Source of the DNA: Ascidiella aspersa
Lineage: Eukaryota
Length of the DNA stretch: 64,000 nt
Reading direction: 5' to 3'
NCBI GenBank assembly: GCA_963924565.1
Contig: OZ004615.1
Location: 5,022,001 to 5,086,000, forward strand
Of this stretch, positions 51,001 through 62,277 are shown one piece after another. Position 1 is the first letter of the stretch. The number at the start of each line of letters is the position of its first letter. The position numbers and the translations under genes were made by a program. The notes beneath the pieces were generated by a model, which ran no database searches, was not told the DNA's origin, and was given only the letters and a program-made list of their open reading frames with translations.

Positions 51001-53958
51001 CGCGAAACTCGTTACTCGGGCGGTTTAAGAATTGGCATAATTTATTATTACTACTCACACCACATATGTCGCCCACAAGCAACGCATTCGTAAACACTGT
51101 CCCCTCTAATATTTCTCTTAAAACTAAAAAAATTCTTCTTGTATTGAGAATGAATATTTGCAGGCACGAAAAAAGCCTTCAGATATGATGTCATAAGTTA
51201 CGTCACAAAGTATTGTCAGTATTTGAGTAACTTAAGAAGCGTGTTCTAATTGATCAAAATTTTTCTGCTTAAATTAAGTTAAAAGCGCGAAGCTCGTTGT
51301 TGAAATTAGAGTTGACAAAACCGCTTTTCTTAAAAAAAAAAAACGTTTTCCTTAAAAAAAGATTCGACGCAAGGCTACTTAAAAAGAATAACACTATATT
51401 GACCCCACAGTGCGATCTATGCATCAAGAAAAGTTCACAATCTTAAGCGAAAAAAAAGCAAACATTACGTTAATCTTGTTTATAAAATAAATTGGTGTTA
51501 CTTACGATGAAATGCCCCCAATGCAACGACTTTAAAGATTTGCACAAACGCCTAGTTATATTTACCAAAAAAACAAAAAAAAAATTGCAAAAGTCCACTT
51601 TTGTGAGTATGATTCCACATAGCTTGTGGGTTTATGAAACAAAGAAAAAATATAATACAGCGCATTTAGGTTAAAACCATTGTTGTGAACTGTTTTAAAT
51701 GGAGTAAAGACACACGAAAAAAACTTCGCGCAAAATAGCTCAACTTAAGAACACTGCCCACAACTATTGAACACCAAACAACAGCAACCCGTTGTTTTCA
51801 ACGTCGAGCGCATTCGTAAAAATATTAACGTAAAACGATCATTTCAATACGTACAAAATAAACTCGGCACTTGCGCAGGGCGGAACTGCAGCGTGTCATC
51901 AAGGCCAAAGTGGCCAAGTCGCTCGGGGCTTGGGTCGTTTCAAACTGTGACGTGTCGGAACGCCAGAAACTGGTCGATGAGCTGCGAAAGTACATCAGCA
52001 TCGACGAGTTCGGGCAATGCGCCAATCGCCGTGTCGCTTCCGTCTGGAGCGTCGTTTCCAGGTATTCGTCCATAGCGCAGTGGTCTCCAACCCTTTTATT
52101 AACCGACTCCAATTTAAATAAATTGAAATGGTGTTTACACGCGACGCCAGTTTGTTTCCCGAAATAAGAGTCCGGTGTTGTAATTGCTTGAGTCAATGAC
52201 TTGACTTAAGTGCACTTAAGTCACTGTTTTGAAATGGCTTGACTTGACTTAAGTCTTTTGGGAAAATGACTTGACTTGACTTAAGTCTTTTGAACAAATG
52301 ACTTGGGTTATAATTAAGTGTTTTCATTAAGCATTTTTCGTAAAATTGGGTTATTTATCATAATTTTTGCACATAAAACAATTTGATTGCCCTCTTTTGC
52401 TTTTTGCTATTTTTTATTTAAGGTATTGCTCACGAACTAGTTTACCCAATTATAAAAGCTTAACGTGTAATTGTTTATAACAAGGACTTGACCTGGAATT
52501 GACTTGCTTCAATTATGAATTGACTAGGACTTGACTTGTCATTTGTTCAAAAAGACTTGACCTGGACTTAAGGTATTTTACAAATGACTTGACTTAGACT
52601 ACAGTTATTTTACAAATGACTTGACTAGGACTTGAGCCATTTTTAAATGACTTGTTTACAACACTAAGAACTAAATACCACGAGCGATTGATTTTAGGCT
52701 CAAATTGTACACAATTCCAGCCAACTGTGGCCCTACACATGTCTACCAAAATGGGAAGTTTCAATTAACACATGAATTTAAACTTACCCCATATGAATCA
52801 CAAAACTTTTAATTTACTTAAAATGTAATACACTGAGAAACTACTAAAACTTCAGAAATTGCTGAGTGATGGCGACGCAATTGAAGTTTTAGGCAACCCC
52901 GCATGAGGTCGCGACACACGGATTGGAGACCATTCATCTAGAGCGGTGGTTTCCAACCTTATTTGGCTTGCGGAACCCCTCAGAAACAATAAATACTTTG
53001 CGGCACCCCTACTAGAATTTCGTTTAATAATTCACTAAATGTCACAATAAACGAAACTGGAACATGAACTCAATGTTTTGATTTATTGTACTATAATCGT
53101 ACACGAAGAGTTGTAGGAGACTTACCAATTGAGCAGATATCACACTTGTTTAGATTTTCCAAATATCTTTCCCTGAGCATTATAATAGCTATATAAGTAG
53201 AAACTAGCAGCTTATAATGTTGTTAAAAATCTACTACAAGATCTACTTTGCGTTGGAGAACTTGCGGTGCAAGTAATGATTTGAACTTGTAACCTGGACG
53301 TCGCTTTTTCGGCAGATACAAGTTCTACTTCGCACTGGAAAACTCGCGCTGCAAGGATTACATCACCGAAAAGTTCTGGTACAACGGCCTCGGGGGCCAG
53401 GCGGTTCCGGTGGTCATGGGGCCGTCCCGGGCCGACTACGAGTTGGTGGCGCCGCCGCACTCGTTCGTGCACGTCGACGACTTCGCCAGCGCCCGCCAAC
53501 TCGCCGAGTACCTGATCAAACTCGACCAGGACGACGTCGCCTACTCAAAGTACCTCGAGTGGAGGCTGGACTCGGACTGGAAAGCGAAAAGGCTGAGCGC
53601 GATTCCGAAAGAGTCGTCTGCCTTTAGAAGATACGCTGAGGACCCGGGTAACTCCGGAGTTTGTGGACTTTGCTCCAAACTGCTAGACTCCGCGCGGAAC
53701 AACGCGACACCGCGCGTAGTGGACGACCTGGACCAGTGGTGGTTCGGACGGGGCTACACCAGCGCTATGACGCAATTCCCGATTTGTGACGTCAGGTCAG
53801 GCGTCAGCGGCTACTCAAATCACTGGATCGTGACGGCGAGCTACTCGGGTGGGTTTCTTCTGGTGGCCCTGCTGATCTTCTTCTTTCAGCGCTTCTACCA
53901 AAGCCCCTACTTCGCGCGTTTTTGTATCCGTCGGGGTAAACGCTGCCCCATCTTGTAA
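48082..53958 (+). CDS. Alpha-1,3-fucosyltransferase (GT10; FUT3-7/FUT9-like), FUT-A, ~458 aa, with an extra C-terminal TM helix and CaaX-like end
   Basis: Exons 48082-48269, 49454-49660, 50538-50693, 51879-52061 and 53316-53958 (1377 nt, all introns phase 2). N-terminal TM LYFILLLLYVVTLVCF; motifs ADAVVFH, FNWTMTYRTDSD, AWVVSNC, YKFYFALENSRCKDYITEKF, AVPVVMGP, SFVHVDDF. Confidence 0.9.
48393..48625. mobile_element. Fold-back MITE with 38-bp TIRs
   Basis: ACACATATCGTCACGCTCATAACCAAATTGTCTAAGTC versus its inverse at 48588-48625 (2 mismatches); additional inner palindrome. Confidence 0.8.
48907..49208. mobile_element. hAT/Charlie-like MITE
   Basis: CAGCGTTTCTCAACC / GGTTAACAAACACTG; exact 8-bp TSD GTTTAGGC. 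Confidence 0.8.
52173..52666. mobile_element. GACTT-rich TIR element (FUT-A intron 4)
   Basis: Ends GTGTTGTAA / TTACAACAC; many GACTTGACTT subrepeats; relatives at ~7537-8537, ~31680-31910, ~43440-44130 and ~59575-59675. Confidence 0.7.
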
Positions 53959-53960
53959 CC

Positions 53961-54073
53961 CTGGGCTGCGGAGTCGGTTAGAAATAAACCGAGTCCGACT
54001 CCCGAGTTCAGAGTCCTACTCCGGCCAAATCTGCGTTTTCGAGTCTCTATTCCGGCTCAGACTCCACAGCCTG
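53961..54073. mobile_element. CAGGGCTGCGGAGTCGG-family MITE directly after the FUT-A stop
   Basis: CTGGGCTGCGGAGTCGG ... ACTCCACAGCCTG, homologous to 55223-55323. Confidence 0.7.
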
Positions 54074-55222
54074 TATTTCGCCAATTTACGTAACTAAATA
54101 CAGTGGATATACTATAGCAACCCACTTATATAGGTGTTATATAATTAATCCACTCATTATACGTGGATGGAAAATATCCACCATATGCTATTTAACTTTT
54201 ACAATTTTATAGATTGACCTATCAGTTTCGAAAAGTTGGAACTGCGCTCGCCGGACTCGAGTTTTGGGCAATTTCACGTCGTTGTAGGAGTCCCGAGTTG
54301 CCCTTTCGGCACACATCATGTCGTCAATTATTACCTAGTATTGTTTTTTGTTATTTTGTCTGAAGGATGCTACGTATGTATAATTTACATCGGCTATAGC
54401 TAAAAGAAACAACTGACTTAAATAAGTTTTAGTTTTCAGATACCTCTGAATTTTTAACAGTTATTTTGCCACTTATATAGGTACTTAAAACTACTGTTGG
54501 GGGGTGGAAACAATGCGTGCATTTCGAAAAATATTCATCTTTTTCAGTTATGCCTTTCCTTACTAATGATTTGCCACTATATATTCACCGGAAGGTTTTC
54601 TATTAGCTGTTATCTTTTTATCAAAGACATACAAAGCCTGGACAATTCCGAGCCTTTCTTTATAGTGACCAATATTTATCTTGTTGTTTCTTTTCGAAAA
54701 TCACACTGTGTACGGTAGTTGTCTCCTTCCTTACTTAGTGATTCCGTTAAACTATTGCAAAAAAAACAACCTTGGCGCTGTTGCGAATATGTTTATAGAA
54801 GTTTAATCAATTTATTTATTTATTTTATACAACATATTGGGGTTGCATGCAAAGTTTCTAGGTTTTGTATGCAAAGTTTCCTTGTTTAATTTACAAGTAT
54901 ATTTATATTGCGTTACACCTGTCCACAAATATGCAATGTTTTTGTTAAATTACTTTGATATATATTTATTCTATAAAAGCCCTTTATGCCTTTTTTTGTG
55001 GAATATTAAGTTTGTAGAACGATTGCTTTTCGTCCTAATTGTTAAAGGAGTAAAGCCAGACAAACGACACTGTGTTACACTGTAGACAGAGGGTGACTTA
55101 TAAACACTGACAATCGTGCTAACGAGTTTTACCAAAGCTTCCACTTATCAACGAGAAGTAGAACAGTGCTACGAAGTATAACCTAACTGTGACCATATAC
55201 TCCAAACAAAAGTACCTCCAAG

Positions 55223-55323
55223 CAGGGCTGCGGAGTCGGACTCGGGACTCGGAAGTCGGACTCGGGTTTATTTTTTGGGCCCGAGTCGGACTCGGGTTAT
55301 TTTTAACCGACTCCGCAGCCCTG
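55223..55323. mobile_element. CAGGGCTGCGGAGTCGG-family MITE
   Basis: Perfect 17-bp TIR CAGGGCTGCGGAGTCGG; flanks CCTCCAAG/CCTCCAGC (degenerate TSD). Confidence 0.8.
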
Positions 55324-56672
55324 CCTCCAGCCTTTATAATAACCCCAAAAAAACTTTTCAAAATCAATTGACCTCTTTTCGAACTACATTGGTTAGAAAA
55401 CACTTTAAAAAGTGGTCTGAGTTTCTGGTAATATATAAAGAGACGAACCAACCCTAAAGGTCTCAGAAGCATAAAATTTTGAAATCTATTTATTGTAACC
55501 TTGGTTAAGCACGGCACGTCACATCATTTTACACGAGCAAGTAACAACTTTCACACAGAACACATAAGGCATAATAGTGTTCGGAAATGTATGGTGATGT
55601 ATTAAAACACAGTTCTTGCGTATATAGAGAGGTATAAATGCATAACTTTAAAGGATGGTGTTATGAGCGGCTATAACGTGACAAATAGTTGCATGGGATG
55701 TCCGCACCAGAACAATGATTCAAAGAAAGGGAAACTCTGTTCCTAAAGGTTTGCATAGTGCGTGTCATTTTTGTCAAACATAAAAGCACCGCCGTTGAAA
55801 TAGATAAATATTACTCAAAATACCAAAACCGAGACTAACAAACGTAATGCTTGACGAAAAACTTCAAATCGGCCCTATTTTTAATTAGACATATGGACGA
55901 AAATGTCTCTACTATGTAGATACTGACAGAGTGACAGTAGATGAAGAACAACTTTAAAGTAATAGAAAATTAAGATTTCGCAAAACTTGCACGAAAAACG
56001 TTACGACGTTATAGGACAAAGGTGTACGATTAGTATCAGGCATCATATTTTGACAGTTAGTACCGACTCAAAATCTTTACAGCATAGGCGATATACAAAG
56101 ACTAGATATCGGTTATCGGCCGATCCGACATTATCGGAAACCACACGTTGACGCCTATGTGTAAAGCTTTAAGACAGTTTTTGATGACAATAGCATCAAC
56201 TTATTTTTTACTGTCATTGGCTACCACCTGGTTTCAAATTTCAAAGGGAACCATTGCGGTCTTTATCTGCTAACGTTAATTAAAGCAAAATAAATACGAA
56301 TAATAGCGTTATAGCGCATAGCGCCAGACGCAGATTTTAGAATGTAGGGTGATTTATTGTGGCAAAGTAATTACGGCAGGCGAAACAATATTACACTTTA
56401 TAATTTTTTAATAAAATCCTCATGCACCTTAAATCGAAAAGGTGGAAATATCTATCTCGCTAGTGGATCAATGTTTATGTCCCTGCCTTCTATTTCCGTA
56501 CAACCCAAAGGTGGATACCTAACCTTCAGGGCGGATAAGGATGTTTACGCCCTATGTTAAACTGTCACAAATGGGGAGGAATTGTACGAATCCAGCCTGT
56601 GACCTGATAGCTGCTTTCGTACCACCTGGAAAGCATTCGCGTATATCCCAGTATAATTACATAATTAGTATT

Positions 56673-59600
56673 CTATGCTATGACGGTTTTCGTGTCGCAG
56701 GTCGAGAAGCACTGCTTCAAGAGCTTTAAACAGCAACAGCGGCACGTCACCGCAAGAACGGCCCCCCAAAAGAGGAGCGAGTAGGCGAGGGTGATGACCC
56801 ATCGAAGGGGGAAGCCACTCCGGGTGTCGCGCGCGCACAGGGGTATCTCGTTGCCCCCGGGGGAATACCCTGGGCCGAACCACCAGCTGTCCAAGTGCTC
56901 GACCGTCTTGACTGGGGCGCCTCGCCGCAATTCGTTGCAAAGGCCGCATACGCCAACCTTGTTCTTATTGTAAAGGCGACTGTTCAGCAGTCCTGTAGCC
57001 TTTGCTTGGCGCGCTTTGGCGATTTGCCTGCGTTTCCAGTCCGAGTCCAGCCTCCACTCGAGGTACTTTGAGTAGGCGGCGTCGTCCTGGTCGAGTTCGA
57101 TCAGGTAATCGGCGAGTTGGCGGGCGCTGGCGAAGTCGTCGACGTGCACGAACGAGTGCGGCGGCGCCACAAACTCGTAGTCGGCCCGGGACGGCCCCAT
57201 GACCACCGGAACCGCCTGGCTGGCGAGGCCGTTGCGCCAGAATTTTTCGGTGATGTAATCCTTGCACTGAGAGTTTTCCAGCGCGAAGTAGAACTTGTAT
57301 CTGGTGGAGTTTTTTATATATTTATAAGCTGCTAATATAAACGGATTTCTATCAAATGGATAATACTCGTAATTTTCATATCTCAATATGTTAGAATTCC
57401 CCTTTAAAGTACACCAGGCGCCTCTGAGATTCGAACTCTCGACCTCTACGATATAGCTATGGTTAGTTCCCGACCCGGTTCACCACAAAGATCGCGAACC
57501 TCAAATGTGCTTTCGATGCGTGTGCGATTGCATATCGCATATTATATGCACTTTGGTAATCAATATGGTTTTGGTGCCTATTGTAGGGTTTTGCATTTTG
57601 TCCGTTTTATGTTTGGATTTCATTCAATGGACGCATCGAGATAAATTGTGTGGCGATTGAAGGTTAAAAGATACAATTTGTAGAACATTAGTATTAAACT
57701 ATATGGGGCATAAGGGCCGGAGGATATTAAACTTTACCTTTTTAATTACTAGTATATTTGCAAGCGGTGTATTAAAGAAACATGAGGCACCATGAACCTA
57801 TAGGCCAGTGCTTCTTGAACATTTTTAGTTTTGATCACTCCTAGCATTATCTCCAAATTTCATTAACCCTTGTTTCATGATATGATAAACCTATCTCGTT
57901 TATATATAACAGCACAAAATGACTTAGGTTGTTTCGCAAGCTATCACCCATTTCTGACGGTTCACCCTTATTCACCCCTTCTGGTTGGTTCACCCCCGCA
58001 AAAATTTTATTCACCCTGGGGTGAACCATTTACCTGTTTAAGAAACACTATGGTGTGCCAGAATGGTTTGACTTACTGTGACAAGACTCTGGCCTGACAT
58101 GCCTTCTCCTTGCATAAGACTCTCTTCGAGCAGTGTCCAAACTCGTCTATGGTGATGTACTTTGATAGATTGGTGATCAGCTCTCGTCGCTTGGCCGCGT
58201 GGCAGTTGGATACCACCCAAACCCCAAGAGCGCTGGCGTTCTTTCTCCTTGTCCACTCCATGGCAGGCCTGAATATTTTGGTCACAAGTCAGTTTTCGGA
58301 GACCGTAGCGGGCAAACTTAAAGCAGAAGAAATGCTTATATTTTTCGGGTAGATGTCTACTTTTGAAACTCTTTACAAACCATAAAAGAATACTAGACTA
58401 TATTCAACGACAAATCCGTTTAACACAAAATAGACTCGGCTCAAACAAAACATGGATTTTTTTGTTTTTTTAAAGGGGTAAGTCAAAAACATTGCTAGAA
58501 GCAATGATAGATCCACGGTCGAATTGCATTGGCGAATTTTTTTTTTTTATCTTTTGTTGTTGATATTTTACTTGTCGTGAAACGCAACAAATGCTATTAG
58601 GAATTTATAGGAATAAAGTAATACTATACCTAGCGGAAGTAGCCACTTAATTAACAGATGATAGGCTTAGCTAAAAAGCTGATATTATGTGAAAAAATTT
58701 AAAAAGCTGATATTATGTGAAAAAAGTCTCTCAGTCAACATGTCCACATGTAGTGTTTGAATATGGAATTACCGCATCCATCTCTAAAACCGGAAAATAT
58801 GCCACTGATCTGCGTGTAAGTGATTTTTTATTTGATTTGATTGCTGCATACAATGTAGGCCTGCAACACCAGGATCATTTCACACGAGTGATTTGGTACA
58901 TTGTCCAGAAAAGTGGGTAAGAAAAGCTTTCAAATGAGTAAAAACTGTGGTTTACTTGCAAATATCGATCTTACGTATTATCTGGTTCCATATCGACCAT
59001 TTCGTAGGAGGCGAGTATGTCGGAATCCGTGCGGTAGGTCATGGTCCAGTTGAAGACCCCGTTGAGGGGTGTCAGGGTCTTTTGGAACACGTGGCGCACG
59101 TTCCAGGGGGGTTCCATACACATCCAAACCCACCTGAAAAAATGTGTATGCAATTTACTTGAACTAAATAGAAACAGTTCTAAAGAGAACCATTTGAAGT
59201 TAAAAGAGTACGTTGACTTGTCTTCACATGCTTAATAGTGGTCAGAGCTTTACATGGCAAAAAATAATCACGTTGAGGATATGAATCTGGCTATTTTATT
59301 GATATACCATTGGTTCCTAACGATCTATAGCTAATTGAAAAACTGTTGTCAATTAAGTGACTTGTTGATTTATTCACAATGAATCTTTACGGCACTGCAC
59401 AACTTCAGTGCCACAAACACTGGCCTCCTATGTTTATGTTTTGACACCCAATCCTTTGAATAAGATATTTTTAAGTGACTGGATTCAAAGTCTAGTAATT
59501 CTCCAAAACGACTTTCTTTCTGCGAAAAAAATATCGAATTGAAACAGTGGCCAACTCTTCTTAAGAATAGTGATTTATGTCATATCAAGTCATTTACCCA

Positions 59601-61025
59601 ACAGACTCAAGTCATTCGAAAACAGCGACTTAAGTGCCCTGAAGTAAAGTCATTGACTTAAGTAATTACAACCCAGGATTTAACAGTACTAAATAATCAC
59701 GGCGATCCTCACCCTATGCGTCTACCAGCAGTGTTGTCACTAAGTCAAGCCTTTCTGTTACAAACACCCACCTCTGCCACTCGCTCCTGTGCTGCCATGG
59801 CAACCAGCTCGGGTCGTCACGCATCTCTGCGCAGTGGAAAACGACGGCGTCGGCCCGGGACACGACGGACCGGTCGTAGGTTACCAGGCAACCGGGACAC
59901 ACGTGTTCGCTGTTGTAAACCTGACCGAAGAAGGGCATCCAGTAAAGGATCAGAAACCGCTTTGTTCCGTTTTCACTGAATAAGTTGATTAAGAAAAGTA
60001 AGAAAATTGCAGCTGCTTATTTTAGTGAATGTTTTTCACCCACCCATAAAACAGTGTATTTAAAATGTTGTTGGTCAAGTAAATGCCCCATCTTACCCCA
60101 TTAACCCTTAACCCCTGTTATCCAAAATAACAGTGTGTTGCAACTGGGTTAGGAGATTAATCCTTTAACCCCTGTATAACCCCCCCAAAATACCCCCAAA
60201 CATTAACCCCTGTATAACCAAAAAAAATTACACTTGCTTATTTTTAGTGAACGTTTTTGTTACTCACCGGCGTAGTGAGTTTCAACTGTGTTGGATACTG
60301 AGTTAAGTGATTACCCCATTATCCCCTATATAACCCCCATATATTTAAACCCACAGAACAATGTGTTGCAACGAAACAATGAACACCACAGGTATCTGCT
60401 GAAAGTTTACGTCTTTATTAAGGAGGCGACGATCCTAAACCTCGAGTACTCGGCCTTGGCAAGGGTGGCCTATGCTTTTTTCGAATAATGGCCATTTTAT
60501 CTGGTCACATCGAAAATAAATGGTACATTGATTAAGTTATGCAATCTGATTCCTTTTTGCATTGAATATATATTTGAAACTGACATTGATGTGTATGTGA
60601 GATTTAGGTTTCAAATTTCAAAAAATCATCGAACTTAAAGTTATCCTTTTAATGATTTCAGCAAAAATCACAAATCAGACGCTATTTTAGCAGACGTGGT
60701 TGACAATACAAAGTCTTCTGTCCCTAAAATGTTTTTGCATAAGTTTAAAAGCATTATATTAGAAAACCGTATGAAACGCAGCAAGAACAACCCAGAACAC
60801 ATTTCACCTTTCCAAGAGTCGCTGATCCAGGTTAAATAGCCTTTGTGAAGCCGGTGCCTTGCGTAGCTCACCGTTAGTCGTCACCCAGTTCAGCACGAAG
60901 ATCGTCGACTCGAAAAGGTACTTGTCGTAGTAGACAAACACCACGAAGTAGGAACAAACTAAAAAGACCAAAAGCAAGGAGTACCGTCGTCGTGGATTAA
61001 AGCCGGAGAAATAGTTGCTTTTCAT
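56673..61025 (-). CDS. Alpha-1,3-fucosyltransferase (GT10), FUT-B, ~466 aa, with an extra C-terminal TM helix and Cys-rich tail
   Basis: Minus-strand exons 61025-60808, 59975-59772, 59133-58975, 58268-58077 and 57300-56673 (1401 nt; intron positions and phases match FUT-A). N-terminal TM YSLLLVFLVCSYFVVFVYY; same GT10 motifs. Confidence 0.9.
57806..58050. mobile_element. hAT-like MITE in FUT-B intron 4
   Basis: CAGTGCTTCTTGAACA / TGTTTAAGAAACACTA ends; internal TTCACCC repeats. Confidence 0.55.
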
Positions 61026-61859
61026 GCTCAGTTTTTCTTAAAAACGTTGCCTATAATGATTGTTTTTTTGCTACTAATTTACTCAAAAGAATTTGAGCTG
61101 TAAACAAAAGGAAATACCAAGGCTCCAAAAGTGTACAACCATAAACTCGATAATTAATATCTACATTTGCTACAAAATGTTATTAATACAAGGCTATTGA
61201 TCCCTAATTCTTAAAAAAATAATATAATTGTCTGCCAGTAGCGCAAGCAGTAAGCTCAATATCTATTTAAATTTATTTAGCTCCTATTAGCGTTATGGAG
61301 TAATAATATAGTAGCTTTGTGCGCCTATTAGCGTATTTCGAAAAATTTTGCGTTTTTGGAAATACTCCGGAAATCGAGTCAATTAACGCGAAAAGCACAA
61401 TTTGTATAATTGTTGTTTTGACAAAAGGTCGAGAGATGGTGCGTCCATTATACAATAAGCGTTGAACAACACTATAAGAGAACTGGAAAAACGTAAAAGA
61501 TTTGCTGTAATAAAATGACGAAAAAAACAAAAGTAAAACCAAATAGATGATTCTGCTTTGTTCATATCACAAAATTTACGTTTTTTTTTTCACAAAAGCT
61601 TCTAGGTGTGATATGGCCTTAATTTCGACAGCAGGGTAATATAAGACCCCCTAAAGGTATAGTAAAATGGCTCAATTAAAATTACGGCAGTCTCAATCAA
61701 AAATATGTCTACATTAAACAAAGTGGGTCATTACTTTATTTTCGAGCTTTGTTCTACAAAAAACAGCAACAGTTTTATTTTGATACGGATTCATTTTCAA
61801 ACGTTAAACACAACGTTTGTTATTGGAAACAGAGAATGTCTTTTTTACAAATGTGAAGC

Positions 61860-62065
61860 GCTAAGCGCGGGTTCTCCAAAAGACTTTGCGTTTTTCATAG
61901 TGACGTCATCAGACAAACGTTGAATGATAAAGGCGCCTTTTGTGACACAGAGGCCGCACCCACAGTACGCAAACAAAATATGGCGGCCATTATTTGGCGA
62001 ACAACTGGCCCGTTTACGCTTGGTTGAACAACTGGCCTGTTCACCCAAACGCTGTGGTAGACTAA
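61860..62065 (-). promoter_or_regulatory. Putative FUT-B promoter
   Basis: CpG-richer block ~0.9 kb upstream of the ATG, with a full CRE TGACGTCA (61901) and a YY1-like ATGGCGGC. Confidence 0.4.
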
Positions 62066-62277
62066 GTTTTCAACACTGTGTTTTTAAGGCATTAATACGG
62101 AACTAATAAAGTACAATCGCCTGAACTGTATCAGTCTTGGTTAAAAAAATCAAAATTAAACTGATGCTATCTTTGGTAAAACTAAAAAATGGCTCGCAGA
62201 GATTGGGTATATTAAAAGAATTTAGGCATTTTTATTGTTTCTTGGTGCATTTAGATATAAAACAACAGGATCAATTT

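Noticed and set aside
55119-55517. 132-aa minus-strand ORF, partly repeated at 62251-62433
   Set aside because: Runs through a MITE and duplicated 3' flank; repetition is explained by the segmental duplication.
57301-57386. N-terminal MRYENYEY... of the 237-aa ORF as a true start
   Set aside because: Intronic read-through; the CCAG acceptor at 57301-57303 matches the FUT-A exon boundary.
57415-57480. tRNA gene (B-box GAGTTCGAATC on the minus strand; also 30130-30170)
   Set aside because: No cloverleaf or acceptor stem; consistent only with SINE remnants.
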